A stretch of 64,000 nucleotides of DNA from Catajapyx aquilonaris (Eukaryota), in contig KZ537996.1 of assembly GCA_000934665.2 (NCBI GenBank), positions 62,001 to 126,000 on the forward strand, read 5' to 3'. The position numbers and the translations under genes are program-made. This document shows positions 25,020-40,300 of the stretch, piece by piece; position 1 is the first letter of the stretch; the number at the start of each line of letters is the position of its first letter. The notes beneath the pieces are model-generated. The model saw only the letters and a program-made list of their open reading frames with translations, was not told the DNA's origin and ran no database searches.

Positions 25020-28000
25020 TGGGTGTTGAGCATTATATACACTGCAGTATAGCCCGCGGCTGGAATATACACTGATAGAACGATTGCATGAGCGGGACAG
25101 ACGGGACCATAATTCCCGGTGGCACTCTGATGTATTTCCCATCGGCATGAGCCCTATGGATTGCCAGCCAGGCCAGCCAGGGCGCCACTTTTCGTATTTC
25201 CTCCCTGGAAGCCCGGCCTCCAAGATTGCGCCCAGCTTACTGCATTCTCACAGTCCGGCCATGTAATAAGCCCGGATCAGTGGGGAAGATTTATAGACGT
25301 AATGCAGTTGGGGGGAAGACGCCACTTGAAAATGTGCCGGAAACATTCACCGGCTCGCTTCACTATCGTTTGCTCTCGCTATGCCTCACTGCTTATCATA
25401 CGCCTCTATATACCTTCATATTTGGCCGCTGCTGGATAATAATCAAGTCCCTCACCATCAGACCGGTCTCAATTCTATAGATTACGACTCATCATGCAAG
25501 TGAACATATACGAAGAACATTGTTGCGAAAGGGAGCATAATGTAATTGAAGAGGGAAAAGTGGAAGGGGGAAAAAATTACATCCTTATATCCTCAATAAA
25601 AATTTTTCTCATTATCAACAGACAAGTTTCTGCGACGCAGCTTTTCCAGCAGAATGCTTGACAAATGCGAACTCCCTTAGATTAAACCATCTCTTATACT
25701 CGTTCATGAAGAGACCGAGGGGTATTCCTTTTGGTTGAACTCAGCACAACAGCCAAGGACAGGCAGTCCACTGAAGAAAAAAAAAATCTTCCCTTTCTTC
25801 AAAATGGCGTTTTGTCTGAAGAGTTATGGCAAGAGCGCCAAAGTGCCATTCCCAAAACACAGACTATCAATATTTCCATTGGTAGGATAGTTTTTTTATG
25901 CCTTTAGCCCGACGGGGAGGGCAGGGTCCTCGGGAACAACACGCGCCATGGACTTTTGACATTGAAGAATTGCAGTAAATGCTACATCTACTCGACATGG
26001 CGGATGGGAAAGAGGTGCTTGGGAGCACATGTCGGCCTCCCCAAAATGCCCACCAGCTTTGCTGCATCGGCATTCTGCCCCACTATCTTCCCAGCCTCCC
26101 CACACCACTGTCATGCAATCCTCATTCTTCATGTCCCAGCCTTTTCTCACAACTTACATTCCATCCTCTTCTTCCTCCCCCGCCCCTCCCTTCTTTCTCT
26201 TCCGTTCTATTTCAGTTGGATGTTGCCTTGCCAAACGCACCTGCAATTATATCTTTCAACCCACGTTGTGTATTGTCTGAACATGGCCATTAATGCCGCG
26301 CAGTCTTGAATTTGTACGACGACCATTCATGAGTCAACAATAGAACCAGCTCAATATGCTGCTAACACGATAATGCAAAAAATCATTTTTTTTAAAACAC
26401 AAGGTTCATATCAGCATACCCCTTTGTTCAAAAACCCTACACTGCACTCACACGATAACTTTCACTCAACCAGAGGAATTATCTTGGGAATTGGATATCA
26501 TATCAAAAAAGCGGCGGGTCCGGTGGTAAATGTTATATGTATTTTTTTCCCAGATAAAAAATGGCGTAATTACAGGCGCGAGTAAATCAATGTATTTAGC
26601 CAGCTGTTCCAGGGGCTTTGTGGAAATGGCTGCGCTGCAGCGTCATATTCTGAGCCAACCAACCAAGTTCCAACATCGGAGGGGGGATACCCCGGACTAG
26701 GGGTGGGTGTATCGGAGGGTGGTAGGGAGGGTATAACCAATTAGTCTGCCTCGAAGTGTGGTCTCCAAGAAATATGGCTACTTCGGGAAAAATAACTTTT
26801 TACTTGCAAAATGGAACCACAAACTCATTATAGCGCCCCTGGACTGTCAACTTACGATTAAACTCTCACATATCGTATCAGCAATATAATTAGACATTTT
26901 TGTGTCGTACGTTAACTAGATTTTGTTTGTTACAATTGTACAATTTTTTTTCGCAAGATCCGAGCGGGGTTTATAGTGATGGAATATTTTTTAACCATTC
27001 GTTTGTTGGATGCTGAAACTTCCTTTTTTTACGTACATTCGGGAAAACTGTTGGATGCCTGCCACAGCCTCCCGACAGCTTTTTAATGAATTTTAATCAG
27101 GCGCAACTTCCACTCGACGACAGGAGATATGAATATTTCTCATATGCGGCTGGTTCTGATCGGGCCCTCCTGTTTCTCATTAGCCATTGTTTTAACTAGT
27201 TTTCTTATTTTTACGTGACTAAGAAACTCGGCATTATATCCATCAACGCTCAATTTCAAATTAGCCGGGCAAAAAATACTCAGATATTACATGTCGCAAG
27301 ACTGTGGATGCATAAATTTCATACAGATTCTTAATGCTGGCATGCCTGATCAATTATTATGCATAATGTTATTTCACTTGCGTCTCATTATTGCTTGCAA
27401 TATTTGGATTGTTAGTTATTTTTTAAAAAAATAAGTCATGCTGGTTAGTAGTGTACACATTTTCTAGCTAGGATTAGAAATGCTATATACAGGGCATTGT
27501 TGAACTATATTTATGGCTCAATTTCTCCTACACAAATGTGCTGTTACTTTTTCATATACTGCATTTGCATATTAATTACATTTGTTCACATTCCAAAACG
27601 TACAAATTTGTCATCAACTTAAGTCGACGATCACCACACAATGAGTAAGGGTTATTGGCATAAGTGGGATCTTACTTCTCAGAGAACCGCATGCTAAAAC
27701 TGGAATCAGACTTACTTTGCCAAAGGTTTTCTGTCAAATAAACAAACAAATAAATATAAAATCGACACAAATGGTTGACACGGGATATTATGTACATGAA
27801 TTTAGCCGCCTGCTGTCAACTTCCGTTTTCGAAAGAAATGACAGAGATAAATTTGCATGATCATTATTAGAGGAGCAACAGAGGATGATGTATGTCCGAC
27901 GGGTCTGGCGACAATGTCTGTTTTGTTCTCAAGCTCCCGGATGATAATTAGAGGCCTCTGACATGCGGCAGGGTCGCTCATCATCCTCTGTCTTATTAGG

Positions 28001-31000
28001 ACTTCCGCTTGGAGTCCGCAACACATGGCACAAACATTTTTGCGCTCCACTCGGAAAAACAAATGACCAGACGCCAGCAGCATACAAAACAGGTCAGATT
28101 TTCATGCACACTCTGACATTACAAGTCACCTTATCCTCCCCTCCCAGCAACTATTCGATTTGAAATTAAGGCAGGACCCGCCCCAATGCCATGGGCCAAA
28201 GTTTTCGGGGGTAAAAATGGTGTCATTTTTTTTGCCATCCACTTGCCTTGAGGTGGAGTTTCCCAAGCGCCATTATGTTGCTATCTTTTATCAGATATCC
28301 TCGAATACGAATGGCCAATATCGCCCCCTACCTTCCATGCCCACAGTATTTTACATAATTTGCTCTCAGCAAGCATCCGGATAATTTTTATGCCCCTCTC
28401 CAATTAGATATCGCCCCGGAATGAAAACGAGATATGGAATAAAAAATTCATCCAGAGAAGTACCAAGGGGTGACAAACGGCCCCAGCACGTGATCTCCCT
28501 AATATGTCATACAAATTAAGATTCTCCATAAGTGTTCTTCTTCCACTACCCACCCCAACTCTCCTTCTGTCATCGGTGAAAAAGTTTTTGATCTAGATAG
28601 GAGCATCCCGGGGTAAAAAGATACGCCAGCGTACTTTTGCAATTATTTCATTCGGTATCTCGGAAAGAAGGAGACCTACAGCTCGCATTTAAACTCTCCT
28701 CAGCTGCGCACTCCAAGAACGATATTTTTTATCTGCTAGGGGAGGTTGGAAGATTGGGAAAGAGGGCCTTAATAAAGAGGGAAAAAATACGCCCGCTCTT
28801 CCATCTCTGTTCTCCATCCCTGGGGAAGAGCTAATGGAGTCGCCGGTAGAGACAGCATCTGCCCAATTCCCTTCATTTGAGGGCCGACGACCAACCAGAA
28901 AGCACCGGCACAAGGGTGGGGGACAGGAACCTTCCAAAAGAAAAAAAAGAGCGGCCATGTCTTTTCCTTCCCTTGTGCTTCTTGGCTATTTTCATTATCT
29001 GGCTGGTGGGCAACCTATGCCCCCAATGGGACACCCTGTACTAGGGGGGGTGTAGGGCTTATCTAGCCGGGCCCAGCTCTGGGAATAGTTTAATTACTTT
29101 TTGCCCGAGTCCCACCTCGCTTCTGTCACACTCTGATGAAAACCCGAAGCGAAGCGTGCCCTCCCAAAATTGGAACGATCCATCCAGCATTCCCCTGACT
29201 AACTTGGGCTGATGGACTAGCCTAAGGGTATGGTAATTACGTTACTCGCCCTCGGTGCCAGCCGTTTGATTTTTGCGAATGTGTCGTGACATGCCCACTA
29301 GGGATAGGATGGCGTCAGGCGGCCATTTTCTAAACTCTTGGAGAATTTGTTCAATTCTTGAGACACCCGGCAACTCCTTTCCTATTAAAAGTGGTCCAAG
29401 CAGCCAGGTGGGAAACGAGCTAAGAACATCCCCGTTCGCCCTCATTTTATTCCGACCTTTTACCGTTTTCACCTTCCTTGGACCAAATGGGATTCGCCCC
29501 CCCTCGACCTAAACCCTCCATGCCAGCTGAGAACCTAATCCCAAATGGTGCAGCGTCTCCGGAGATAGTTTAGTCCAAAAGCTGATGCCGGTCTTTCTTG
29601 GAACATCTGGGATTCCCAAAGCCCCCTTTTTTGAGGGGGGGAAAAACGATAGGTTTCTATAATGCCATATACCCCATCCACGTGGACAATTTACAGTATT
29701 TTAAACCTGCAGTTCATCACTATCTCACCAGTGGTCTAACCACAATTAAGGGTCTGAGGTCACGAAACCTATTAATTTCGCTTCTGTAGGTTTACACCTT
29801 CACACAGTTTGACACTACCCATTTACTGTCTTGTTTTATACCCAAGTTTTTTGTTTGCGGTTCCACCATCAACCGCTCATGTGTGCAGACCTACTCGGAA
29901 GCAGGAAATTAATTCGATGATCGAGGATAGCCACAAATCACTATCTGATGAATTGAGACAACTTTTTTATAGCCATAGAAAACTGTAGAATCCGCCAACA
30001 ATAGTTATCTGTGCCATCTAAATATGCAAACAACCTCATGAGTGCATAAACGGCCATTTTGAAACGAACACTGCTGTGTTTGTAGCCGCCTGAGGGTGCG
30101 ACTAGAACCGAGGGGGGACTTCTTAATTTTCCGCAGCCGCAAAAACTCGACACAAAGAGGCCTTATGTGCAGTTTTGCATGCTCGTTATAAGCATGGGAA
30201 CAGCTATGAATCGCGGCTCCACTTTCAATTTGAGCATAGCCCTGGCTGGCTTGCTGGGCTGGCTGTTTTCCCTTCCCGGCCGGTTCCATGCAAATTACTC
30301 AGAAGAGTCATATGAATCGATATACCATAGCAGCAGAGAACGGGTCGCCTCGTGAAGCTTATTGCTCGTGTTCCCAACCCTCTCCTTTTCCCCTGAAACC
30401 CAGAAATTTGCGGAACCCGCACATTATTCTGCCTAATTGTAGGGTTCGAGCCTTGCCCTTAACTGTCGGGTACACACCTTTGTACAAAGCAAAACAGGTT
30501 TTGCATTACAACGTGGTACAAATATTTGTGATGTTCTATGAAACGGGCATGGAATGTCCTTTTCCCACACTCCGGATCACTTGATCACCCTTCAAATAGT
30601 GTGACCCACGTCGGTGACACCAAAGGATGCCCTCGCTTTCCCCCAAAAATGAAGTACGACTTCCGTCGTGCAGTTAATTAAGAGAATATCCTTGATGTCC
30701 ATCCAATGGGGGCCTCCACTTTTTTTCCCCCTTCCAAGACACGATCCATTTGCATGATGAATGCCGTCTTGGCCAAAGTGGACTTTAGGCCACATAAGTA
30801 GGCGTAGGCATCCCTCGAACCCCGCCCTAACTGTCGGCTTCTTCTCCTTTTTGGCTCCCTTTCCAGCAGCAGAGCCGCCATCATCTTCTCAGGAACTTGC
30901 CAGCCAGTGCTCCACTTTTCGATGTTTTCCATGCGAAGCTTTCAAATTGAGCAGAACCGACCGTACATATGCTCCAAGTTGACGCACATGTTGACGGGCT

Positions 31001-33154
31001 TTCTCATCATCGTCCGTGAAATTCGAATCTGAGTTACGAGAAAAAATGGGGACTGTCTGTCACAGAAGTCGGAATTATTGCCCAAAGGTCGCTTCCTAGC
31101 AGTGGTTCACCGAACTAAGCCACACCCATCAGCTTCTCGACCTTTTTCTATGGGATGAAGGGCAAGTTGAGGTTGTAAAAAAAAATGGACGTTTGAGAAA
31201 TGTTAAAACTGTTAATTTATACACCTTTCAGATGTACTGGATAATTTTTTTTGTCTCTTATTTGATGATACCACAGTTGGCGGGCCTGATAATGTGAAAA
31301 AAGTGGCCTGTATCGTCTCATCTGCATACTCCATTTGAATAATGTACACAAAATGATACGTCTGTTTTCTTACGTTCATATTTATTGAGAAATGATAGTA
31401 GAAGTTCACTACTTTGCATCATGCTCCTCCAAGGTGAAGCAAAGGACACTACTGTATGCTGTAAATTGCAGGTGAAAGGTGGAGAGATATGGAAATTCCA
31501 ATGCATGCAACGTTGACCTCATAAGAGTGGTCCAGATTGGGATAGTTATTTATTATTTAAAACGTCATACCGAGCTCTAAATTATTTAGAAAGCATTTCA
31601 TGTAGGCCTACTTATCTAAAAAAATTGATTGTTCCATAATAATATTTTATATCGAATCCTAAGAGCAATATTTCACAGGTATAAATCAGCGCATCATGTA
31701 GTAATTGTTATAATGCAATGTTACGGCTTCCGTCATAAAATCTTGGCCTCCATTAAAGTCGAATTTGCCGCGTCCTCAATAACAGATAACATCCGACCTC
31801 AGTGATAACTAGCCTAAGCGGTGACGACTAATTTTTACTGTAGCTGTGGTATGCTCACTACCAACAAAAAAAAAACGGAATTATTGAGCCGCTGGAAGAG
31901 CCTACGATGAGACAGCGGCCCTTTTCTACTATCCAGGCTACCTTACCCTGCACATTTGCAAATTGGCAATCTTCCATAGAGTATTCTTGCCCCGCGGAAT
32001 TTATTTGACCCTTCCAACTCTCTTACCCGTCCCACTTCTCTTAGTTCTTATTATCTTTTTGTACTCTACCTATCACAAAAAAGGAAGCGCAGAGAGTCCA
32101 CAACTCATAGTATTAATTTACAAGACCGAGTGGCCATGTATGCGCCAATGTCCTGCTCAAGTTTGGGCGGTTTGATTTATTTTTTGCTTGCACCCAACGT
32201 AGTTTGACATTGTTAATGCCCGGACTGTCGCTTCCCGAACTCGGTAAATTTCCCGGTGGATAGATGCGGTGGGGTCATCCAAAATGTCGGATCCATTCCG
32301 CAGCAGCGTGAATAACAGAGCAGCCAAGAATATTTGCTGCCCAACTCCCCCCTCCCCCCCCCCAAAAAAAAACTACGTATGCCAACTGGTTTTCCGAGGT
32401 TCCTGCCCCAGCACACAGGAGTGTAGAGCCCCGCCTAAAATATGACTGCTACATTGATTGCAACAGTGGCCGGGCAACGCATACAAACCTGCCACTAGTA
32501 GTCTCTCTTTCCCTCTTCCTCTCTACCATTTCTTCCTCTCTTTTTTTTGACTTCCATCTCGTAGATTTTCCCCTCCCTCAGGGAGATAACCAATGGGGGA
32601 AATCCGTATCAGCGAAGAGGCGATTGCACTCCATAAAGTTCCTTTCCATCTCCGGTTAGAAGACGTTTGACGCGTGATTTCCATAAATGCAGTAAGCTTC
32701 TCATGGGGGGTGTGGAATCCTTTAAAAAATATCTTGGAAAACCTCCCCATGGCAATTCCAATGTTCATTCCAATGTCAATCATATAGAAATGACCGCTAA
32801 TGCCAAATGGCTCATCAGAGTGTACTAAAACGGCATGGGAATTGCAGCTGTAATAATGGAGTTGTTTGGCAATGTTGGTGGGGGATGGAGGGTGAAATGA
32901 TGACGCACAAAATCTCGTTTACTCCCCCACTTGACTCACCCTTGCTATATGGGAAAATAAACGCCAAATTCCGGCCTGAAACTAACCATTTTGATCAGTT
33001 AGGAATAAGAAAGGTATTGGAGCCTAATAATACCATTGCAGAATAAGAAGAAAAGGTGGCGGATGACCATAGACTTGACCCTGGAGACTCCCGTTTCCTG
33101 GCTCCAGGCTTTCATCCATCAAGGGCGGTCCCACGAGCACCATCTCCCAAAGAC

Positions 33155-33176
33155 CCAACCAACCAACCAACCAACC
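33155..33176. repeat. (CCAA)n microsatellite
   Basis: Direct reading. Confidence 0.85.
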
Positions 33177-35707
33177 TATCCCTGCTGCACCATAGCTGGA
33201 TTTATTCCCCACCACCCACCCCGGGCCTGATGGACGATGGCGGCCAGGCAGAGGGCACTCTCTTCCCCCGCACCTCCCCCCCTCCCAACATGGCCGCCCC
33301 AACCAATTAGACCCACCTCTGGCCGGACTGGCCAGATAAGGCACACTTGCCCCATTATTGCTCCCAACCTTTTTCTGCTCCTTGTCGCCAAAAGCTCCGA
33401 CTCTCACTCAACTCTGGCCATCCGCTTCCTTTCACTCCCACCAATTACTCCTAGGTCCCAGGCTAATCTAATCTCATCTAACACCCTTTGCCCACTGTCA
33501 ACCTGCTTCTGGGGGCTATGGGATGACCTTGCAAAAATTGGATTCGGAAGCCGCGGCACCTGGGCCAGAAAACAAGTTCCATAAAATACCAGCCAAACAA
33601 TTGACCTCTAGGAGTGACCCGGCCGATTCATTATCAAACGAGCCGAAAATGCAACCGATAAGAATTTATTGCCCACGATCCGTGTTTTTCAGAGCCCCCA
33701 AGTGTTATTGAGGTGTGACGTAGGAGGAGTTGCCTTCAGGTCTGTTAGCCTAATGAAGAAGCAGTAGGAACCAAAGTGGGGTTGCTATAGGACATCCTTG
33801 GCAGCAGCAGTCTCCCTGAAAATCCCCCTGGCCGGGTATATAAAATAAGCAGAGCTCCAGCAGAAGCTGGGTTGGAGGTATAAGTTAGACTGGTAGGTAG
33901 TAAGCAGGCTCTCGAAATCGGGTGGGAAAAGGAAAAGGTAGTAGAGGAGCAAACACTTGATATGCTTCCCTGAAGACCTGAGAGTATTTTGGCCATATTT
34001 TCCTCCAACGGAGTCGCGGGAACAGTTATCTTAAAGAGTCACCATAAGTTTCCAGGGGGAGGGATTTTGCTGGAAAGGAAGAAAAGTCCTCTGGAGATGG
34101 GAAGCAAGTGAGGATATCCTCTTCCCGACCCCAAAATGGCGAACGCCAACGGTTCAGACTCTTGCTTGGTGGGAAAGGGAGCATTTGTTTTCCCCTTTTT
34201 TGGTGGGGAAGGAAAGCATCCCTTCGTACATTAGCATTTTCCAAATAAGCATGGATTAAAGAACCAGTTAGTCGGAATCCCCTTCTACTGCTTGTGGCAA
34301 AAACAAAGGAAGCGGATAATTCCATGCATTAACAAGGGATTAAAGTTGCGCGGCCCGGTTCAGAAATCCGTCATAAATGCGCACCAAGCACCCTATTTTA
34401 TCAAACAATCCCTACGCCCGTCCACTCTCTCTCCTTGGGCTCCCAAGATGTTCATAAGCCCACCAGCTTTTATGGTTAGCCCGTTATGATGAATAACCTG
34501 CTGGGGAATCCAGAGGGGAGCCAGCCAAAGGGAAAAAATGCCAAATAAAGCGCCGGGGGAGGATATCTTGCGTATTTGCCACCACGGAGCAGCCAGCACC
34601 TGCCATCCCATCTAATCCAATTCACCCTACTTTATTTCGCTAATTACCAACTCCTCAGTCACTAACCGTTGAGGGTGGCGCCCCTGGACATATAACTAGG
34701 AACGATTATTATAACCCGGTTCAATATTCCTTTGCTGGCTGGCTGGGCTGCTAGGGCTAAGCTGCGTGATTGCCGCAGAGCTCCGTACATTTAGGACTTT
34801 GGACAGAGACGAATGGAGGAAGGCGAGAGGAAGCAGGGAAAGCCAACACCTCCCTTTATTTTCCCCCTGCTGGCTGTGCTGGTGCGCACCCCCCAACACA
34901 CACATAATCAATGCGACCAACCAAGCCCCCCCAAAAGCCTCTCTCTCTCTGCCACGGGCTAAGATTCGCCTTTCTTTCCAGCTTACAACAAACACCATGC
35001 ATACACACAGAAATTGTTCCACATGCTGTACAGGAATAAAAGCTTGTCGCGCCTCGTAGCTTCCCTATCCAACCAGCAGGACCTTTTTTTTTTCCTTTTT
35101 TCTTTCCCCTCACTCCCACCGTCCTATCCCGAATCCCGCCCCAAACAAGAGGAGCGTACATCCGGGTTCCCTTTCTGATTGGACCGCCATGTGTTTCCAC
35201 ATCTTACAGCCCTAGCACGCTACACTCAGGTCTCTTTTCCCTTTTCAAACTCGACCCCGTGTCACTTCCCAGGGACTAACTTTATGAACTGATCGGCCAG
35301 GCCTCAGTTCCCTACTGAACAAGTGCGGGTAAATAATGGACTGGCCAGGGAGCTATAAATTCCGGAATAACTTATAGCCTGTATGAACTTGGGGCAAACT
35401 CAGTCAATTCAGTCTAGCTCATTCGGTAGCTCCCCCCCCCCCTCCCCCTGCATGCTCGTTTCTCAATTTCGCAATCAGCTTGTGGGGATGTCACAGGTTT
35501 CATCTCACCCCTCCTCCCAATAATGCCTTCCTACCCTGAAGCACATGGAAACCGTTCCGATTGAACGTCCTGTATAGGTCTACTAGTTACTCACATTTCA
35601 GAAACCTTTCAATTTGAAATACAGTATGGGTGCAAGCTGTTTCTGGGATGACTATTTCAAACCGACATTCATGTACGAGCAATTTTTGCTTCAGATCCAG
35701 GTCAATC

Positions 35708-36102
35708 TTCGGGTATGGGTCTACCCTTGTTATTAATTGGCAACAATGTATTCATAATAACAAGGGTAGATCCTTACCTGAAAATCTACTTTCATCTGGC
35801 GCAACCGGTACTAAGTCGAATTCACCCGCGATTATTTATAGCTATCGGCAGAATTGGACTGAAATATCAACCTAATATCACTCAAAATGACATATCGTCG
35901 GTGATCGTGCAAAACCTCGTATCTTCCATTGGTTTTTGCAGGAGATACTAGGTTTTGCATGATCACCGACGATATGCTAATTTCAAGAAGCATGGGTGAA
36001 AAGGTACTTAAATTGAGCTGAAATCCTGAACTGCTCAGGTGCAAGTCTCCTGATTCCATCAATAAACTAACAATTACTCACACAAGTAGACTCATACCTG
36101 AA
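35708..36102. mobile_element. Degenerate MITE-like inverted repeat with a well-preserved central hairpin (35891-35976)
   Basis: Outer match TTCGGGTATGGGTCTAC / GTAGACTCATACCTGAA. Inner arms CATATCGTCGGTGATCGTGCAAAACCT / AGGTTTTGCATGATCACCGACGATATG. Confidence 0.55.
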
Positions 36103-37317
36103 CATAAAACGGCCATTTAAATTATTTTTTTTGGCAGGACAACGAACAGGAAACTTCTCTCTCCACCTGATTGTCCTCCATGCACAATCTTTTTCTCCGA
36201 TATCTAGGGTATACCGATGGAGGAAGCTGGCATTTCAGTAATATCTGTCATTTCCCAACCTAATGCGATAAAGAGCTAAAGGGCATCTGACTAAAAGGAA
36301 ATAAATAAGAAACACCCAGGTCGCGTTTCGACATTCCAAAGGATGAGATAACGCAGCATGAGCTTCGGTATTTTCCCTCTGGGCCATCACGGCATCCAAT
36401 TGGGACACCATACTTTACTCCACCATGAGCTATATCTGGCGCAAAACTGATCACTGATTCCATTTCTTATCTTTTCCGCCAATTAATATCGCACCAACCC
36501 AACCATAAAGTCACAAATTCTACCTAAAATTAGAATCCCTCTTTCTAGATTAATTTATACACAACCAATGGCGTTAAAAGCAATTCCCTTCCCAATTTCC
36601 CTCACTTATTTCTTAGGTTCCATGTGCGCCATTATTGGCCCCAGCCAAGAGGGAAAAAAATCATAATATATTATCAAAACAAGGCCGACGGTGTTTAATT
36701 TGCTACGTAGAGCCCCGAGACTGTCAGCAACGCAGAGAAATATTTGGGAAGTGTGGGGATTGCTTTCAAATGCTGCTGCGAAGGAGCAACTAAGAAGGGG
36801 GAGAACATTAACAGCCATAGACCAACGTCTTATTGCAATTCTACATGGGTCCGTACGCTTCTACGTGAGCTGTGTTGAGAGGAATAAAATTCCGAGCCTG
36901 CATTTACATTTCCCCCCTCTCACACCCCCTAGCTACCTTCCTTCCACAGGACTCCTTCCTTTTTTTTTAGTTTCTTCTCCTTTCTGCAGAGCATCTTCGA
37001 TTTTTCTCCGCCTCTCCCTTTGGCGCAGAATCAAAGAATGCATCACTAGCCCTTCGCTCACGCAGCTGCAGAAAAAGTGCAAATTCCATACGAAAAAAAT
37101 GGAGCACCCTGCAGCTACCTATCGCCGATAAGCCATTATTTGGCCCCGAAGAATGCTAGTCAAAAAACGGGGAAAGATGAGAGTTTAGAAAAGATGGCCG
37201 CTGCGGAGGCGCCACCTATAAGATACACGGTGATAACTCCGACCCGTGCACTTGTTCCTGCCAGAATATTAACCCCCCCTTGGAGCTCTCACCTCCTTTT
37301 CTAGAATGGGAGAGGTG

Positions 37318-37333
37318 GAGAGAGAGAGAGAGA
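37318..37333. repeat. (GA)8 tract, potential GAGA-factor site
   Basis: GAGAGAGAGAGAGAGA by direct reading; function is inferred. Confidence 0.7.
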
Positions 37334-40300
37334 AAAAAAAGGAGACTCTTTTCTTTTGGAGAGGAAACTATCCATCTCCAGCATCAAAGCTGCGTATAAC
37401 TCCATGCTTCCTCTCCACACAAAGCAGGGACACGACCCGACAAAAGTAGGACCTGTATCAGAGTTTCGCAACTGGGGGGAAGTTGCAGTGGAGTTGAAGA
37501 CACCAGCAGAAGTGTGTCTTAAAATTATTGTTTAAAAAAATACAGTACGATATATGAATTTTCAATAAATATTGAAATAAGAATCGATCAAAATGATGTA
37601 AGCTAAAAGTTACACTTATGCATCATTAAAGTTATGCACCAATAATATACGAATTAATAATACAATATGCTACAAAACAGCCTATTGGCACAATGTAGTA
37701 CCATAGTTCTGTGTGATGAACAGACACACAATAATTTATGTAGTGAACTAAAGCCATTTCACAAAATGAATGCGGTCCAAAGCAATCTGTATACGTGGGT
37801 GGATGACTAAAACCTGTTTTTACTCAACTTCGCGTGACAATGACTGGTAATAAGGGCGACGTAACTGCGTGTTTTTTAAAACCCATAATGAACAAAATAC
37901 AGTTTGTTCGCAACACAAACGTTATGCATTCATAAACTAACTTATCACTGCTTAATGATATCATCAACAATGGCGCACACACAGTTCAGTATTGGGCATT
38001 ACTTATCACGATTTGTTTTCATCATACGGCTACTGTGTTGTTACAACAGAAAATCACCCAGATAATATACTGGGTCAATTCCCAGTACCTTTATAATACT
38101 CGTGTATTGTTAAAGCAAATTGATGTAAAAATTGTCACAATAATGCATTATCAAAATACATGCTGACACAGCGTCATCAAATGCAGCAGTTGCAATAATT
38201 TCTGGTCCGCATGCCTGACCTCGACCCGATCTCATGCTGTGCCAATAGACTGAATAGAGCATCAATAGTTCCTACCCCATTTGTTACATCGCAAATGTAG
38301 AGAAGCATACGCATGATTCCTGTAATTTCTGTGATTCGTTCGTCTATATCATAATATGGCACAAGTGCCGCTGGAATTTTATTGTGTCATGTTGTGCAAA
38401 ATAATGAGCCCATTCGACCATATACGGCAGGTAACAAAACTGTCATTTACCCTATACATTCTTCCAGATGTCTCAGCCCGGAACAAGAGGTACAATACCA
38501 GTACCTTTTACTTATTTTCAAGGACAACACTTGATTTTCAAATTGGAGAAACCATGTTGGTCGTACAGTAAATACAACTCACGTTCTATTGCTGGATATA
38601 ACTTACTAATTAATAGCCCATCAGGTATGCCGTCTTATTTTCTTACTATTCCGCTTGTACTTCCTAGAAACACCATTCGAGCCACCAGTGAGCACTAAAC
38701 ATTTCTTAGACTTATGACGTATGACACCACGTTGTCTGGAAATCTACACCTGGTGGCCCATTATTACACATTGCCCTGAAGGTCAGATACGCAGTCTGGC
38801 AGAGCCATTACACAACACATTACACCAGCTCGGTGCTCGAGTACATAAACGTGGGTTTCCCGTTGGGAGAAATGCACGGACTAAAAGACGGCGCCATTAC
38901 ACGACTTTACAAATGAGCCGTAAAGTGCCATGGCGCATTCCCTACCCTGCTGCCGCCCTTTTTTCCTCCATCTTTTTTTTTTGCCAGCTCACACATATGC
39001 TTGATGTGAGATCTGGATCAGCACGAGATGGATTTCCAGGCCGTGATGCTGCTGGGCCTGGCAAATGAATATTTTGTATTCAGCAGTTTTGTTCAACCTC
39101 TACCCGAATGGTCATTGCTTCCATGCATGGTCCAATGATATCACTGGACGTGATAAAAAATTAATAAAATGTTCATTTTTTATCGGACACTGCGGGGGTA
39201 GCCCCCTGCGATATAAATACACTGCTTGCAATCTAGCCATCAATTTGATAACGATGGGCAACGGGTTTTGCTTGCTGAGCAGGTGCTTAATGACCATGAC
39301 CGATGCAAATTGCCAACATTTTTTGCACGATGACAAAAGGTTTACGTCTGAAAATCCGAGTATTGTGATGTTTCTCTTTGATTGGTACCTTCGCATCAAA
39401 GTTATCACGCAGGGTATAATTGTGTTAAAATATCTGGCACGACGCTATTGCATTAGCGCATCAACTTGTCCATTTGTTAGATCGTGCTGAAGAATGCGAG
39501 TTGCCTACGCATGAATCCAATTATGGTACTGACACGTTCCTGTATAATTAAGGTACAAGTTGCGATAGAATTCTATAGTGACATGTGCAATCTAACGAGT
39601 CTATTACATGGCCGAATGTCAAGAACAAATGCTGCTACTGATTTCATGAGACAATCTGACGCTCACTAATTTAGTACAAAAATTATTAAATTATGCAGAC
39701 TGAACCTCTCCACAAAATGAAGGCGCTACGTTCCTTTCTTACTAATCGTGTGATGTTATAACAATTAAAATAAGGGCCAAAATTACAGAAGAGCTAGTTT
39801 TTCCTCCGGACTGGCGACGTCTCAGCTTCAATTCCCGCTCTGAGATATGTAATCCGGTTTAAGTAGAAAGCCTGGGCAACAAGACCGGCTTGAAAAGCTG
39901 TCACGCATTTCAACATCATCTACAAGCTGCTTCCAAGGTCCTGTCTCTCCCTTTTTTTTCCTCCCCACCTTCTCTCTATTCCTCCTTTTTTTCACCCCTA
40001 CATTTCCAAGTCTCCCGTTATATTTTCCCTCCCCTTGGTTTTTCCTCTCCCTCAAATGTAGTGAAGATGCGGGATAGCAGAATATCCGTCCAACCATAAA
40101 AGAGGGGGGCCTGGCTTACTCGTAAACTACCGAAACACCCATGGAGGAGATCTCTCTTTGGAAGGATAATGATTTGCGAAGCTGGTGGGGACCGCTGGGT
40201 AACTGCCCCTCAAATGAATTTCATCGGTCTTTGATAGGCTCCTCGTAATAATTCCAGCAGGAGTGAGTGCCTGTCCCCCCATAGTTCGGATCATAATAAG

